Virus record (IMG/VR): IMGVR_UViG_3300046468_002660 | Origin: a virus | DNA length: 64,000 nucleotides | Direction: 5' to 3' (one strand) | Shown here: piece by piece, positions 1-9,630 of the stretch | How positions within the stretch are numbered: the stretch's first letter is position 1 | Layout: the number at the start of each line of letters is the position of its first letter | The notes under the pieces: model-generated | Told to the model about the DNA's origin: nothing | The model's database searches: none | The model's input: the letters and a program-made list of their open reading frames with translations, nothing else | Position numbers and translations under genes: made by a program

Positions 1-65
1 TGAGATCTTTTCGTCATGATAGAATTATTTCAATAACAAAAAAATAAAATAATAAAAAATTAAAA

Positions 66-623
66 ATGAGTGAATATTATACGCATCAAAAATATCTAAA
101 AGAAGAATTAAATAAATTACCTCAAAACGCCCACGTTCTAGAGTTAGGCGTTGGTGGTGGTAGCAGCTCTCTTATGAGTGATTTCTGCCTTAAAAATCTA
201 TCTTGTAAGGTGCAAGGTTTTGAAACTTCAAATCAATGGTTAAAAGAAACTGAAAAAAAGTATGGTCTCTCCTCTAATTACACCTTTACTTATTTATCTT
301 CTTGGGATTTGCTTGAATCACATCTAGACATTAAAAATAATATTTACGACTTAGTGTTTGTCGATCAATCTCCTTGGAAAGCTAGGATTGATTCAATTAA
401 ATTGCTCTCTAGCTGCACAAAAGTTTTTATTCTACATGATTATGATACATTTAATACTGAAAAATGGCATAAAAGTGAAGGTCTTACAGTTCAATCTAAA
501 AATATACGCGTTAATGATGATAGCACTTACTTAGGCTTAACTTTTGGAGAAAAGTTTATATTAGAAGATAACTTTGAGATTCTCCCACCAACTTTAGTAA
601 TGAGAAATAAAGCATTGTCTTGA
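66..623 (+). CDS. Putative class I SAM-dependent methyltransferase
   Basis: Motif I VLELGVGGGSS and downstream DLVFVD; glycan-island context. Confidence 0.6.
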   Translation: MSEYYTHQKYLKEELNKLPQNAHVLELGVGGGSSSLMSDFCLKNLSCKVQGFETSNQWLKETEKKYGLSSNYTFTYLSSWDLLESHLDIKNNIYDLVFVDQSPWKARIDSIKLLSSCTKVFILHDYDTFNTEKWHKSEGLTVQSKNIRVNDDSTYLGLTFGEKFILEDNFEILPPTLVMRNKALS

Positions 624-1189
624 ACTTTTTTTTTGAATTTTGTTTATTTTTGTGTATAATATTTGCACTAGTAAGTTTATTTTTTTACCGTAAATTTCGT
701 AAATCTCATTTTGAATATGAATCCAGCTCTAGTATTAACGTCGATCTTATGCGCAAAGAAAATGCGCTTCTTAAAGATCAATTAACCCAAATTCAAAACT
801 CTCTTGAATATGAACGAGAACTTATTAACTCTCAGCGAGAAGAATTTAACCAAAAAGAAAAAGAATTAATTAAATCTAATAGTGACCTACAAAATCAACT
901 CACTGAAGAAACAGAAGCTCGCAGAAAAGTATTAAGTCAAAAAAAAAGCAGTGAGGTCCGCCTCGGTAACATAGCTGAAACTCTAGCTCCTTTTTTAGAA
1001 CAATTTGAATTTGACCCAGAAAACTGTACTTTTTTAGGAAAACCTGTAGACTATATCTCTTTTGGGGACGACGAAATAACAATTATTGAAATTAAAAGTG
1101 GTAACAGCCAATTAAATCAAAAACAAAGACACATTAGAGATCTTGTAAAAAACAAGTTAATAAGCTGGAAAGAAGTAAGAATAAAATAA
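620..1189 (+). CDS. Holliday-junction-resolvase-like PD-(D/E)xK endonuclease (Endonuc_Holl type) with N-terminal TM helix and coiled coil
   Basis: SEVRLGNIAETLAPFL...FLGKPVDYISF...IEIKSGNSQLN..QR.IRD signature. Confidence 0.75.
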   Translation: MNFFFEFCLFLCIIFALVSLFFYRKFRKSHFEYESSSSINVDLMRKENALLKDQLTQIQNSLEYERELINSQREEFNQKEKELIKSNSDLQNQLTEETEARRKVLSQKKSSEVRLGNIAETLAPFLEQFEFDPENCTFLGKPVDYISFGDDEITIIEIKSGNSQLNQKQRHIRDLVKNKLISWKEVRIK

Positions 1190-1209
1190 TTTTAACAAAA
1201 CTAAATAAT

Positions 1210-1851
1210 ATGAAAAACAAAATCGTATCATTACTATTAGCCTTCGGGCTGTCTAACGCTGTTTTTGCAAATTCTGCAAAACTAGGATATGCATCTGATT
1301 ATTTTTATCGTGGTGTACAAAAGTCGGAAGAAGCTGTTCAAGCTTCACTTGCTTTGTCTGCCGACCTTGAAGGTGTAACTGTTTCCGCTGGAGCTTTTAC
1401 AAATCAATCGGTAAATACTGGATCTGATTCATATCAATTAACGCTTGGCGCTGAAAAGTCCTTGAATGAGCTTTTCTCTATTTATGGAGGCTTAAATCAC
1501 TTCGAGGACGTATCTGGAGAAGCTTTGTTTGAAGCTCAGATCGGCGTTCAGCTTAACGCATTGCTGTCTCCTTCTGTTAATGTATATCGTTCTTTTGACG
1601 ATGAATTGTATACATTTGAGGTTGGCGTAAACCATAAGTTTGATCTTGAATTAGCTAACTTATGCTTACACGCTTCCGCTGGCCAAACTGATCTGACAGA
1701 AGCTATAGATAGCGATTACTATGCTTTTGGGGCAAACGTTTCTCGAGATCTATCAGAAAATGCGTCGGTTGTAGTTTCTGCTGACCGTATTGATTCTGAT
1801 TTAATTGATTCAGAATGGGTGTTCGGTCTATCAGTTTCCACAAACTTTTAA
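1210..1851 (+). CDS. Outer-membrane beta-barrel, TorF/Gcw_chp (TIGR02001)-like putative porin
   Basis: Signal peptide, ASDYFYRG motif, alternating beta-strands, C-terminal Phe. Confidence 0.7.
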   Translation: MKNKIVSLLLAFGLSNAVFANSAKLGYASDYFYRGVQKSEEAVQASLALSADLEGVTVSAGAFTNQSVNTGSDSYQLTLGAEKSLNELFSIYGGLNHFEDVSGEALFEAQIGVQLNALLSPSVNVYRSFDDELYTFEVGVNHKFDLELANLCLHASAGQTDLTEAIDSDYYAFGANVSRDLSENASVVVSADRIDSDLIDSEWVFGLSVSTNF

Positions 1852-1870
1852 CTTTTAATAAAATAAAATT

Positions 1871-2134
1871 ATGAAAAATACACTAGATACAATCACTTGT
1901 GCTGTAAAAGGTATTGCAGCCACATTGCTTAGCGTTCTTGGACTTCTTGTTATTGTCCAAGCTGTTTTTGGTTCATCTGCTCCTGTGGATGTGATCGGAA
2001 ATCTACAAGCTTTAATTGGAGGGTTTGTTGGGCCAGAGACTGGCTTCACGTCTTTCCTCACTCTTGTTCTTGTAGTAGCTTTGTTAGCTAAGAATAGTTC
2101 CTGCTCTCAAAGCAAATGCGACAAAGAAGGTTAA
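1871..2134 (+). CDS. Small membrane protein
   Basis: Two hydrophobic segments; follows the porin and precedes a terminator. Confidence 0.6.
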   Translation: MKNTLDTITCAVKGIAATLLSVLGLLVIVQAVFGSSAPVDVIGNLQALIGGFVGPETGFTSFLTLVLVVALLAKNSSCSQSKCDKEG

Positions 2135-2155
2135 TTATTTATTAACCTTTAAATT

Positions 2156-2182
2156 AAGGGGGGCTTTGCCCCCCTTTTTTTT
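2156..2182 (+). terminator. Rho-independent terminator
   Basis: AAGGGGGGC-TTT-GCCCCCCTT hairpin followed by a T-tract. Confidence 0.85.
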
Positions 2183-2197
2183 GTGTAATTATGTTTA

Positions 2198-3814
2198 ATG
2201 AAAAAAATAACAATACGCACGGGATCTAACCTAAGCCCTATACTTCAGTCAACTGTTAATATTCCGCAAGCTTTTACAGAACTTGTTAAAAATTCGATTC
2301 AAAATTTATCTACAATAGTAAGTATTGAAATCAAAAATGATACCATTTTGATTGCAGACAACGGTATTGGTTTTAATTATTTAAATGACAGTGATGGCAA
2401 GAATGATTTTGATCGTTATTTTGTTTTTGGGAATTCTTATGATGCAACCCGTGGAGAAGGTTTAAGGTTAGGGCATATGGGTTTAGGTGGAAAATTATCT
2501 AACGACAAATTATCTAAAGCAGGTGCGCCAAATTGGTCTTTGTATACAAAAAATAAAACGGGTGAAGCTTTTATTGTAAACTACAATCCACCTAAATCAG
2601 AATTCTTAGATGATTATTCCCCTGAAATTCAACCTGTTAACTCAAAAGACTCGTTGGTAAACACAACCACAGGAACTACAGTTGTCATTAATGATGTTAA
2701 TGATATTTTTCATAATAACAATCGCTTAATCCATGAAATAAAAGAAGAGTTGAGGAATTTCTTCGGGACTTTAGTTACTTCAATCCATCAAGAAGGAAAA
2801 AATCTTGAAGTTATTTTCAATGGTGAATCTTTAAATTTTGATTATCGTTTACCTGGAATATCTTTCGCTCCTTTGGTGAAAAGTTTTAGTTATGACTATT
2901 ATGGTGAAGAAAAAACATCTGAAATAACTTTTAATTTATCTTATGTAAAGACAAGAGAATTTTTAAAAGACCATCCTGTGCAGAATGTTCAAATAGTTTC
3001 TAATGTAAAAATCAGTGACTTGTATTTATCAAACTCAGATCTTTTAGATCTTTTAACAGAAGATGAAGATGAAAAACTTGAAATTATGAATTTGTTTCAT
3101 AATACGATTGGTTATGTAAGTTGTCCAGATATAAGTTCTGTTTTGGATGATTCAGGAATGCCAGCAAAAGATCTCTCACATCATAGTCTACGTTCGGATC
3201 ATCCGATCACAACCGCTTTCTTGGAAAAAACCTACGAAGTTATCATTGATCTACTTAGAGCTTATAAAAAACTTAAACGAGAAAACGAATTCAAACATTT
3301 TAATAATTTTGTAGGTCAAATTACTGATTTCTTAAAGTCAACAAATATGTTAAGTAAAGATATGCTAGTCACAATCCGTAAACCATCAAAAAACCTTAAC
3401 GATGTAGAGCGTTCAGCGTCTTCGGCTATACGCAATGCTAGAGAATTCAATCCAAAAAACAAAACCCAAAAAGATAGATCTAATTGGGAAACAGAAGTAA
3501 AAGCTAGTGAAAATTATTTAAACCAAGAAGTAATTGATTACAATATTATTGATTTTGGTGAAGGTAACGAAGAAGAAATGTCGAAGCATTTGAATGCTAA
3601 TAATTTTCAAATTTTAATTAATTCTACAAATTATAAATATCAAAAAGTAAACAATTCCAAAAACCCTCTTTTTATAATGCTACATCTTTCTGAATGTTTA
3701 ATTTCGGAAATATGTACTTTTCATAACCCAAGCGTTACAAGAAAAGAAATTGAAAAATGTGTCGCTAACTTTTATAAAAATTATTTTGATGAAATGTTAA
3801 CTTTAGTAAAGTAA
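2198..3814 (+). CDS. GHKL (HATPase_c, MORC/MutL-like) ATPase domain protein
   Basis: ELVKNS, DNGIGF, GHMGLGGK and GTTV boxes. Confidence 0.7.
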   Translation: MKKITIRTGSNLSPILQSTVNIPQAFTELVKNSIQNLSTIVSIEIKNDTILIADNGIGFNYLNDSDGKNDFDRYFVFGNSYDATRGEGLRLGHMGLGGKLSNDKLSKAGAPNWSLYTKNKTGEAFIVNYNPPKSEFLDDYSPEIQPVNSKDSLVNTTTGTTVVINDVNDIFHNNNRLIHEIKEELRNFFGTLVTSIHQEGKNLEVIFNGESLNFDYRLPGISFAPLVKSFSYDYYGEEKTSEITFNLSYVKTREFLKDHPVQNVQIVSNVKISDLYLSNSDLLDLLTEDEDEKLEIMNLFHNTIGYVSCPDISSVLDDSGMPAKDLSHHSLRSDHPITTAFLEKTYEVIIDLLRAYKKLKRENEFKHFNNFVGQITDFLKSTNMLSKDMLVTIRKPSKNLNDVERSASSAIRNAREFNPKNKTQKDRSNWETEVKASENYLNQEVIDYNIIDFGEGNEEEMSKHLNANNFQILINSTNYKYQKVNNSKNPLFIMLHLSECLISEICTFHNPSVTRKEIEKCVANFYKNYFDEMLTLVK

Positions 3815-3881
3815 ATTTTTCTGTGTAATTGACTATAATGAATGATTGATTTTTATTGTTTTATTTTTATTATAATTTTGA

Positions 3882-5168
3882 ATGGAAGATAAAAATATAG
3901 TTTATGTCGGAATGAGTGCCGATTTAATTCATCCTGGTCATATAAACATACTAGAGTCAGCTTCTAAATATGGTTTAGTAACAGTTGGACTTCTAACAGA
4001 TAAAGCTATTGCAAGTTATAAAAGGCTTCCAGCCTTAACTTACGATCAAAGAAAAAGAGTTATCGAAAATTTCAAATTTGTATCTAATGTTATTCCTCAA
4101 ACAACTTTAGATTATAGTGAAAATCTAAATAAAATTCGACCTAAATATGTTGTTCATGGAGATGATTGGCGAACAGGGATTCAAAAAAGTAGTCGCCAAA
4201 AAGTCATTGATTTATTAGATTCTTGGGGTGGCGAATTAATTGAGCTCGAATATACTCCAGGTATCTCTTCAACTCAATTACATCAAAGCGTTCAAGAGGT
4301 TGGGGTTACCCCACAGATTAGACAAGATAAATTAAAAAGATTATTAAAAGCTAAAGATTATGTTCGAGTTATTGAGTCTCATAATGGACTAAGCGGTTTA
4401 ATAGCTGAAAATGTAAACTTTGAAGGTAAAGAATTTGATGCAATCTGGCTTTCTAGCTTAACAGATTCTACAGTTAGAGGAAAACCTGATATAGAGCTGC
4501 TAGATCGATACGGAACTTTAAATGATATTATTGAGGTAACAACTAAACCCATAATTGTAGATGGAGACACTGGAGGAAAAATAGAGCACTTTTCTTTCAC
4601 TGTTAAAACTTTAGAAAGATTAGGGGTTTCCGCTATAATTATTGAAGACAAAATTGGATTGAAAAAAAACTCCTTGCTTGGAACTGAGGTTAAACAAGAG
4701 CAAGATTCAATAGAAAATTTTTGCAGTAAAATTAAAGCGGGGAAACATTCACAACGCTCAGAAAACTTCATGATTATTGCGAGGGTGGAGAGTTTTATTT
4801 TAGGGAAAACAGTGGAAGATGCAATTGATCGTGCAAAAGCTTATATAGAAGCTGGCGCTGACGGAATTATGATTCATAGCAAAGAGTCCAATGGTGAAGA
4901 AATTATTGATTTCTGTAATGAATACAGCCTCCTGAACCAAAGAGTACCACTTGTTGTTGTGCCATCTTCATACAATCATTTCACAGAACAAGAATTGAAT
5001 GATCTTGGGGCAGATGTTATTATTTACGCAAACCATTTACTAAGAAGCGCTTATCCTAGTATGGTTAAAACAGCAGAATCGATACTTAAACACTCTCGCT
5101 CTCTAGAAGCTTCAAATGAGTGCATGTCTATAAAAAATATTTTAAATTTAATTCCAGGAACGAAATGA
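3882..5168 (+). CDS. pepM: Phosphoenolpyruvate mutase fused to an N-terminal cytidylyltransferase
   Basis: HPGH (HxGH) nucleotidyltransferase motif; PEP-mutase-specific EDKx5NS motif ([10 protein letters not shown]); DGDTGG. Confidence 0.93.
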   Translation: MEDKNIVYVGMSADLIHPGHINILESASKYGLVTVGLLTDKAIASYKRLPALTYDQRKRVIENFKFVSNVIPQTTLDYSENLNKIRPKYVVHGDDWRTGIQKSSRQKVIDLLDSWGGELIELEYTPGISSTQLHQSVQEVGVTPQIRQDKLKRLLKAKDYVRVIESHNGLSGLIAENVNFEGKEFDAIWLSSLTDSTVRGKPDIELLDRYGTLNDIIEVTTKPIIVDGDTGGKIEHFSFTVKTLERLGVSAIIIEDKIGLKKNSLLGTEVKQEQDSIENFCSKIKAGKHSQRSENFMIIARVESFILGKTVEDAIDRAKAYIEAGADGIMIHSKESNGEEIIDFCNEYSLLNQRVPLVVVPSSYNHFTEQELNDLGADVIIYANHLLRSAYPSMVKTAESILKHSRSLEASNECMSIKNILNLIPGTK

Positions 5169-5560
5169 AAAATATTTTATTTAATAAATTAATCGAGGAG
5201 GGGTATAATTTTTTTTGTGGAGTTCCAGATAGCGGCTTGAAAGAATTCCAAAATTCGATAATAGAATCTAATTTTAAAAACGTTATTGCTACAAACGAAG
5301 GGCAAGCTATTGGAATTGCTGTGGGAGCGATGATGACTGGCTTAAAACCTTGCGTCTACATGCAAAATTCTGGTTTAGGAAATGCAATTAATCCTTTGAC
5401 AAGTTTATGCGCTCCTTTTAACCTAAATCCTTTGTTAGTCATAGGTCATAGGCATACATTACCTCAACACAAAATAATGGGAAAGGTTGATGAAGATTTG
5501 CTGGATTTAATAGGTTACAAAAATTACCTTTTAATAAAAGGAGATAATAATGAAAAGTAG
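5165..5560 (+). CDS. Phosphonopyruvate decarboxylase, N-terminal (pyrimidine-binding) subunit
   Basis: [30 protein letters not shown]; ATG at 5165 overlaps the pepM stop (ORF track extends to 5120). Confidence 0.85.
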   Translation: MKNILFNKLIEEGYNFFCGVPDSGLKEFQNSIIESNFKNVIATNEGQAIGIAVGAMMTGLKPCVYMQNSGLGNAINPLTSLCAPFNLNPLLVIGHRHTLPQHKIMGKVDEDLLDLIGYKNYLLIKGDNNEK

Positions 5561-6008
5561 AAAAGAAGCTTTATTGGAAATATTTAATTCTCACCCCAAA
5601 AACTCTCTCTTTGTTATTTCTACTGGGTTTTTATGCAGATCTGTCTATAATTTATTCCCTGATAAAAAAAATATTTTTTATATGCAGGGTAGTATGGGTC
5701 TTGCTCCTTGCATTGCTCTTGGTGTTGCCCTTAACACTTCAAAAGATGTTGTAGTTATTAATGGAGATGGAGCGCATTTAATGCACTTAGGTATAACTCA
5801 TACTATTAGAGATGAAAACCTCAAAAATTTATATCACTATATTCTTGACAATGGATCTCATGAATCTGTTGGCGGTTATAAATGCGCATCCTTAGAAAAA
5901 TCTTATTGTGGGGTTAATAAAATATTTAAAATCTCTAAAGATGGCAAATCTTCACGGGTTGGTTTTGATTTTGAAGATAATAAAAACAATTTTGTAGAAT
6001 CGATATGA
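5550..6008 (+). CDS. Phosphonopyruvate decarboxylase, C-terminal TPP-binding subunit
   Basis: GSMG, GDGA..MH.G, DNGSHESVGG; own SD AAGGAG at 5538-5543. Confidence 0.85.
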   Translation: MKSRKEALLEIFNSHPKNSLFVISTGFLCRSVYNLFPDKKNIFYMQGSMGLAPCIALGVALNTSKDVVVINGDGAHLMHLGITHTIRDENLKNLYHYILDNGSHESVGGYKCASLEKSYCGVNKIFKISKDGKSSRVGFDFEDNKNNFVESI

Positions 6009-6763
6009 CAGATTTTTTTGTATGCTCAAAATCTACTAAAAAATATATAAAAGGCGAAAACTATTATTTAGTTACCGCTCCCCCAACTAAAGATATATTA
6101 AAAAAAGCTCAAAAATTCTCTAATGTCATTGCAATTGGTGGTGGAGCCGTAATCGATACAGCTAAAATTTTATCAAAAACCCCAATCACTTGTTACCCGA
6201 CAACAGCTGCTGGAGCCTCAGATACCAGCCACTCTGTTTACTGGGATGGTTCGAATAAAAAAAATTTTAATTCATTTTTACCAAAACAAGTTTTTTTAAA
6301 AAAAGAATATGTAGAAACTCTCCCAAGCCAGTTAGTATTGGAAACTAAAAGTGACTTAATAGCTCATTGTCTTGATGTTATTTGGTCGAAAGATAAAACA
6401 GAAGATAGTGAATTTTTTGCGAAAAAAGGTTTGAGCATAATATCAAAAGACCCCACTAATCTTGCATTAATTAAAGCTGGTCGCTTTGGAGGAAAAGCTA
6501 TAGAGATTACCCCTACCACCATTCTTCACTCTCTGTCTTACCCATTAACAGGTATATATAATATCTCTCACGGTTTAGCTTTATCTTTTCTCATACCAAA
6601 AGTTTCGTCTTTAATGAATTTTGACCCTCCGAATATAAATTACACAAAAAACTTGCCTGGAATAGACTGGGATATTGTTGTCAGAAAAGCAATGCAATAT
6701 CCAAAGTTTCATAATACTCACAAAAAACTTAGTGTTAAAAATTTAACAAGCGCTTTAATTTAG
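6005..6763 (+). CDS. Iron-containing alcohol dehydrogenase, probable phosphonoacetaldehyde reductase (PhpC-like), compact
   Basis: GGGAVIDTAK, PTTAAG, HSLSYPLT..HG; translationally coupled to the decarboxylase. Confidence 0.75.
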   Translation: MTDFFVCSKSTKKYIKGENYYLVTAPPTKDILKKAQKFSNVIAIGGGAVIDTAKILSKTPITCYPTTAAGASDTSHSVYWDGSNKKNFNSFLPKQVFLKKEYVETLPSQLVLETKSDLIAHCLDVIWSKDKTEDSEFFAKKGLSIISKDPTNLALIKAGRFGGKAIEITPTTILHSLSYPLTGIYNISHGLALSFLIPKVSSLMNFDPPNINYTKNLPGIDWDIVVRKAMQYPKFHNTHKKLSVKNLTSALI

Positions 6764-6786
6764 TGTAATTTTTAATTGATTGTAAC

Positions 6787-7014
6787 ATGGATGATGATTT
6801 TTATATTGGTGGCCCTCGAGATTATGATGAGCAAACAGATGCTTTAAGATTTGATCTTGATGATTTAATAGCTAGATATTTTGAAGAATTTGATCTAAAT
6901 ACTCTTACTATTATTGGAGCTTTGCAAGAAAAAGTTGAAGAATTATGTTCTGGAGGTAATATAGAATTTGAAATGGATGATGATTTTTTTGACGATGAAA
7001 AAGATGAAATTTAA
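6787..7014 (+). CDS. Acidic hypothetical protein
   Basis: Clean ORF between operons. Confidence 0.5.
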   Translation: MDDDFYIGGPRDYDEQTDALRFDLDDLIARYFEEFDLNTLTIIGALQEKVEELCSGGNIEFEMDDDFFDDEKDEI

Positions 7015-7297
7015 GGAATACTATAAACACTATTTAAGCTTACATCAAAACAAAACTTGTATATTATTGCACTACATAGGTCAATGGGCTACAATTGGAG
7101 TTATTTATTTAATTATAAAATATAACTTGTGGTTATTGATACCCATTATACCTTTTGTAGTTTATCCATTTGCTTGGAGCGGACATTATTTTTTTGAAAA
7201 AAATAAACCTGCAGCCTTTAAAAACCCTTGGCTTGCAAAGCTTTCTGACTGGAGAATGTTTTCTGAAATTACCATCGGTAAAATTAAACTTTTTTAA
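6968..7297 (+). CDS. Mpo1-like / DUF962 membrane protein (real start probably 6995 or 7004)
   Basis: YL..H.N..C..LH..G, FAWSGHYFFEKNKPA.F..P. Confidence 0.75.
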   Translation: MKWMMIFLTMKKMKFKEYYKHYLSLHQNKTCILLHYIGQWATIGVIYLIIKYNLWLLIPIIPFVVYPFAWSGHYFFEKNKPAAFKNPWLAKLSDWRMFSEITIGKIKLF

Positions 7298-7358
7298 AAT
7301 TCAATATGTAAAAAAAAATATTCCACGAAAACCTTAACAGTGGACTATATACATTAAA

Positions 7359-8186
7359 ATGAAAATACTAGTAACAGGACATAAAGGGTATATAGGATCC
7401 CATCTTTATACCGAACTTAAGCAGCGTAAAGATATTACTGAGATTATAGGTGTAGATCTTCAAGATGGAGATGATATTCTTTATTGTTTACCAGATAAAG
7501 ATGTGGATGTTGTATTTCATTTTGCAGCTTTTCCTAGGGTAGAGTACTCTGTTTTAAACCCAAGCTATACCTTTAAACAAAACTGTTTAGTTACTTCTAC
7601 ATTGCTTGATTGGTCTAGAAAACATAATGTCAAAAAATTTATTTTCTCTTCTTCTTCTGCAATTATGGGGGATGGTGACGGAAAACCTAAATCCCCATAT
7701 GGTTTACATAAACTAATTTCTGAGATGGAGTGCAACTTGTATCAAGATCTATACGGAATACAAACGACATGTTTAAGATATTTTAACGCGTATTCGGAAG
7801 ACCAACCTTATGGAGGAGCCTACACAACTGCAATATCAGCATGGATGGAAATGATTCGTCAAAATAAGCCTTTAAGACTTGATGGAGACGGGGAGCAGAC
7901 TAGAGATTTTGTTCACGTTAATGACATTGTCTCAGCAAATATTCTAGCTATGGATCATGACAATATGGATTCTTCCTACTATGATGTTGGATGTGGAGAG
8001 TCTTTTTCGTTAAATTATATTAAAAAATTTATAGATTCTAAAATTGATGTTGAGTGGGATTTTGCTCCACCTCGAAAAGGTGACGCTAGAAACACTTTAG
8101 CTAATATATCACCACTAAAAGATCGTGGCTGGCTCCCTAAAGTTTCTTTTGATGAGGGATTGCAAAAATGTTTCGGCAACTTTTAA
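7359..8186 (+). CDS. NAD-dependent nucleotide-sugar epimerase/dehydratase
   Basis: GHKGYIG, SSSA, YGLHK (YxxxK), RYFN, RDFVHV. Confidence 0.9.
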   Translation: MKILVTGHKGYIGSHLYTELKQRKDITEIIGVDLQDGDDILYCLPDKDVDVVFHFAAFPRVEYSVLNPSYTFKQNCLVTSTLLDWSRKHNVKKFIFSSSSAIMGDGDGKPKSPYGLHKLISEMECNLYQDLYGIQTTCLRYFNAYSEDQPYGGAYTTAISAWMEMIRQNKPLRLDGDGEQTRDFVHVNDIVSANILAMDHDNMDSSYYDVGCGESFSLNYIKKFIDSKIDVEWDFAPPRKGDARNTLANISPLKDRGWLPKVSFDEGLQKCFGNF

Positions 8187-8206
8187 TTTATTGTGTAAAT
8201 TGATAT

Positions 8207-8801
8207 GTGAATGATCGATCTTGCATTTATTTTTTATTTTTTCTATTAGTTTTAGTTACATATTTTTTATATGATAAAGTTATAGACAATAATCGATTAT
8301 ATCAAATATGCAAAGATCAAGATGAAACTATACACTTGCAATCAGAAGCTATTGCTAAACAAAATTTGTATATTAATATATTAAACAACTCAAGCAATTA
8401 TAAATCTATATATTCTCCCATTCATTAAAATGACAATTAGAAGTTTAATTTCAGAATGTAATTATAAATACTTTTTTAATGCTATCTACAAGTATTACTT
8501 AAAAGATAATACTCATGATTTTGTGAGAGGGTTTGACACCCTGCTTTTTAATTATTTTAAGTTGACAAGGAACAATAAGTTAATTGAAGATTTGGATCAA
8601 AATTTTCAGCTATACCTTTCAAATCCTTCTGATCAGATTATTGATGTCAGCGTTTTGGATCTTGCTTTAGATGAACTGCAAACGACTGATAAATTCAAAT
8701 TAGATCAAGTCTTAAATTTTGAAATTATTACCTCTGTGCAATTAAACAAACAAGAAATTTTAGCTCATTGTATCTGGGCCTTTAAAAGTGAGCTTGTATA
8801 A
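8207..8801 (+). CDS. Two hypothetical proteins (8207-8428 with TM helix; 8430-8801)
   Basis: Tightly packed ORFs after a GTGTAA motif. Confidence 0.45.
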
Positions 8802-9294
8802 CCTCCCAACTCACATAAAATCTCCACAAATTGTTTATGGTGTTGTGGAAATAGAAGAAGGTCATAAAAACAAGTATGAGTACGACCCTAATTTAGGCGG
8901 TTTTCTTTATGATCGATGTCTTACTTCAGCAATGGTATATCCTGCAAGCTATGGTTTCATACCAAACACTTTATGTGAAGATGGAGATCCCTTAGATATA
9001 TTGATTATCAGTCCAGAACCAATAAAACGGGCCACTATTGTTGAGTCGAAAGTTTTGGGTGTTTTAGATATGGAAGATGAAGGAGATAAAGATTTTAAAA
9101 TCTTGGCTGTTCCTAATTTTTACACTCATAAATATTCTAACTTACAATCCATTGATAAAGCTTTTTTAGAGATATGTAAAAACTTTTTTGCGCATTATAA
9201 AGATTTATCAGCTTCTGGAGATAGGGTAAAAGTTTTTGATTGGCATGACAAAAAACATGCGCAAAACATTATAAAAGAAAGGATTATAAAATGA
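8788..9294 (+). CDS. ppa: Family I inorganic pyrophosphatase
   Basis: KYEYD, YP..YGFIP.T..EDGDPLD, DEGDKDFK. Confidence 0.95.
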   Translation: MSLYNLPTHIKSPQIVYGVVEIEEGHKNKYEYDPNLGGFLYDRCLTSAMVYPASYGFIPNTLCEDGDPLDILIISPEPIKRATIVESKVLGVLDMEDEGDKDFKILAVPNFYTHKYSNLQSIDKAFLEICKNFFAHYKDLSASGDRVKVFDWHDKKHAQNIIKERIIK

Positions 9295-9384
9295 GTGTTA
9301 TTGCTGTAATTGGGCTTCTTGCTGTTATATATACTGTTTGTTCTTGGGAAAAATATAAATGGTGAATAATGTGTAACATATTAT

Positions 9385-9585
9385 GTGTCTAAATTTTTTT
9401 GTTTGGTTTTTTTATTCGGTTGCACAACAACTCAAAATCTAAAAGTCACTGATACAAAGTTTACTGATTCTAACCGTGACTGGTCAGCTGTATACAGAGA
9501 AGAAATAAGAATCGCTATTGAAAACGGGGATAAAGAAGCACATTATTTTTTTATTCAAGAGTTGGTTAAGTTGAAGTTTAAATAA
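9385..9585 (+). CDS. Small putative lipoprotein
   Basis: Lipobox LFGC; paralogous to 45755-46069. Confidence 0.55.
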   Translation: MSKFFCLVFLFGCTTTQNLKVTDTKFTDSNRDWSAVYREEIRIAIENGDKEAHYFFIQELVKLKFK

Positions 9586-9630
9586 GTTTTTAAAAAAAAT
9601 AGAAATTTTTACTTATTTTCTTATGATATA

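Noticed and set aside
5550-5560. Frameshifted or pseudogenised ppd
   Set aside because: The second half has its own SD and ATG, and both halves keep their catalytic motifs
3882-6008. Isocitrate/methylisocitrate lyase plus ComDE (coenzyme M) interpretation
   Set aside because: The EDKx5NS motif is PEP-mutase specific, and the operon order fits phosphonate synthesis
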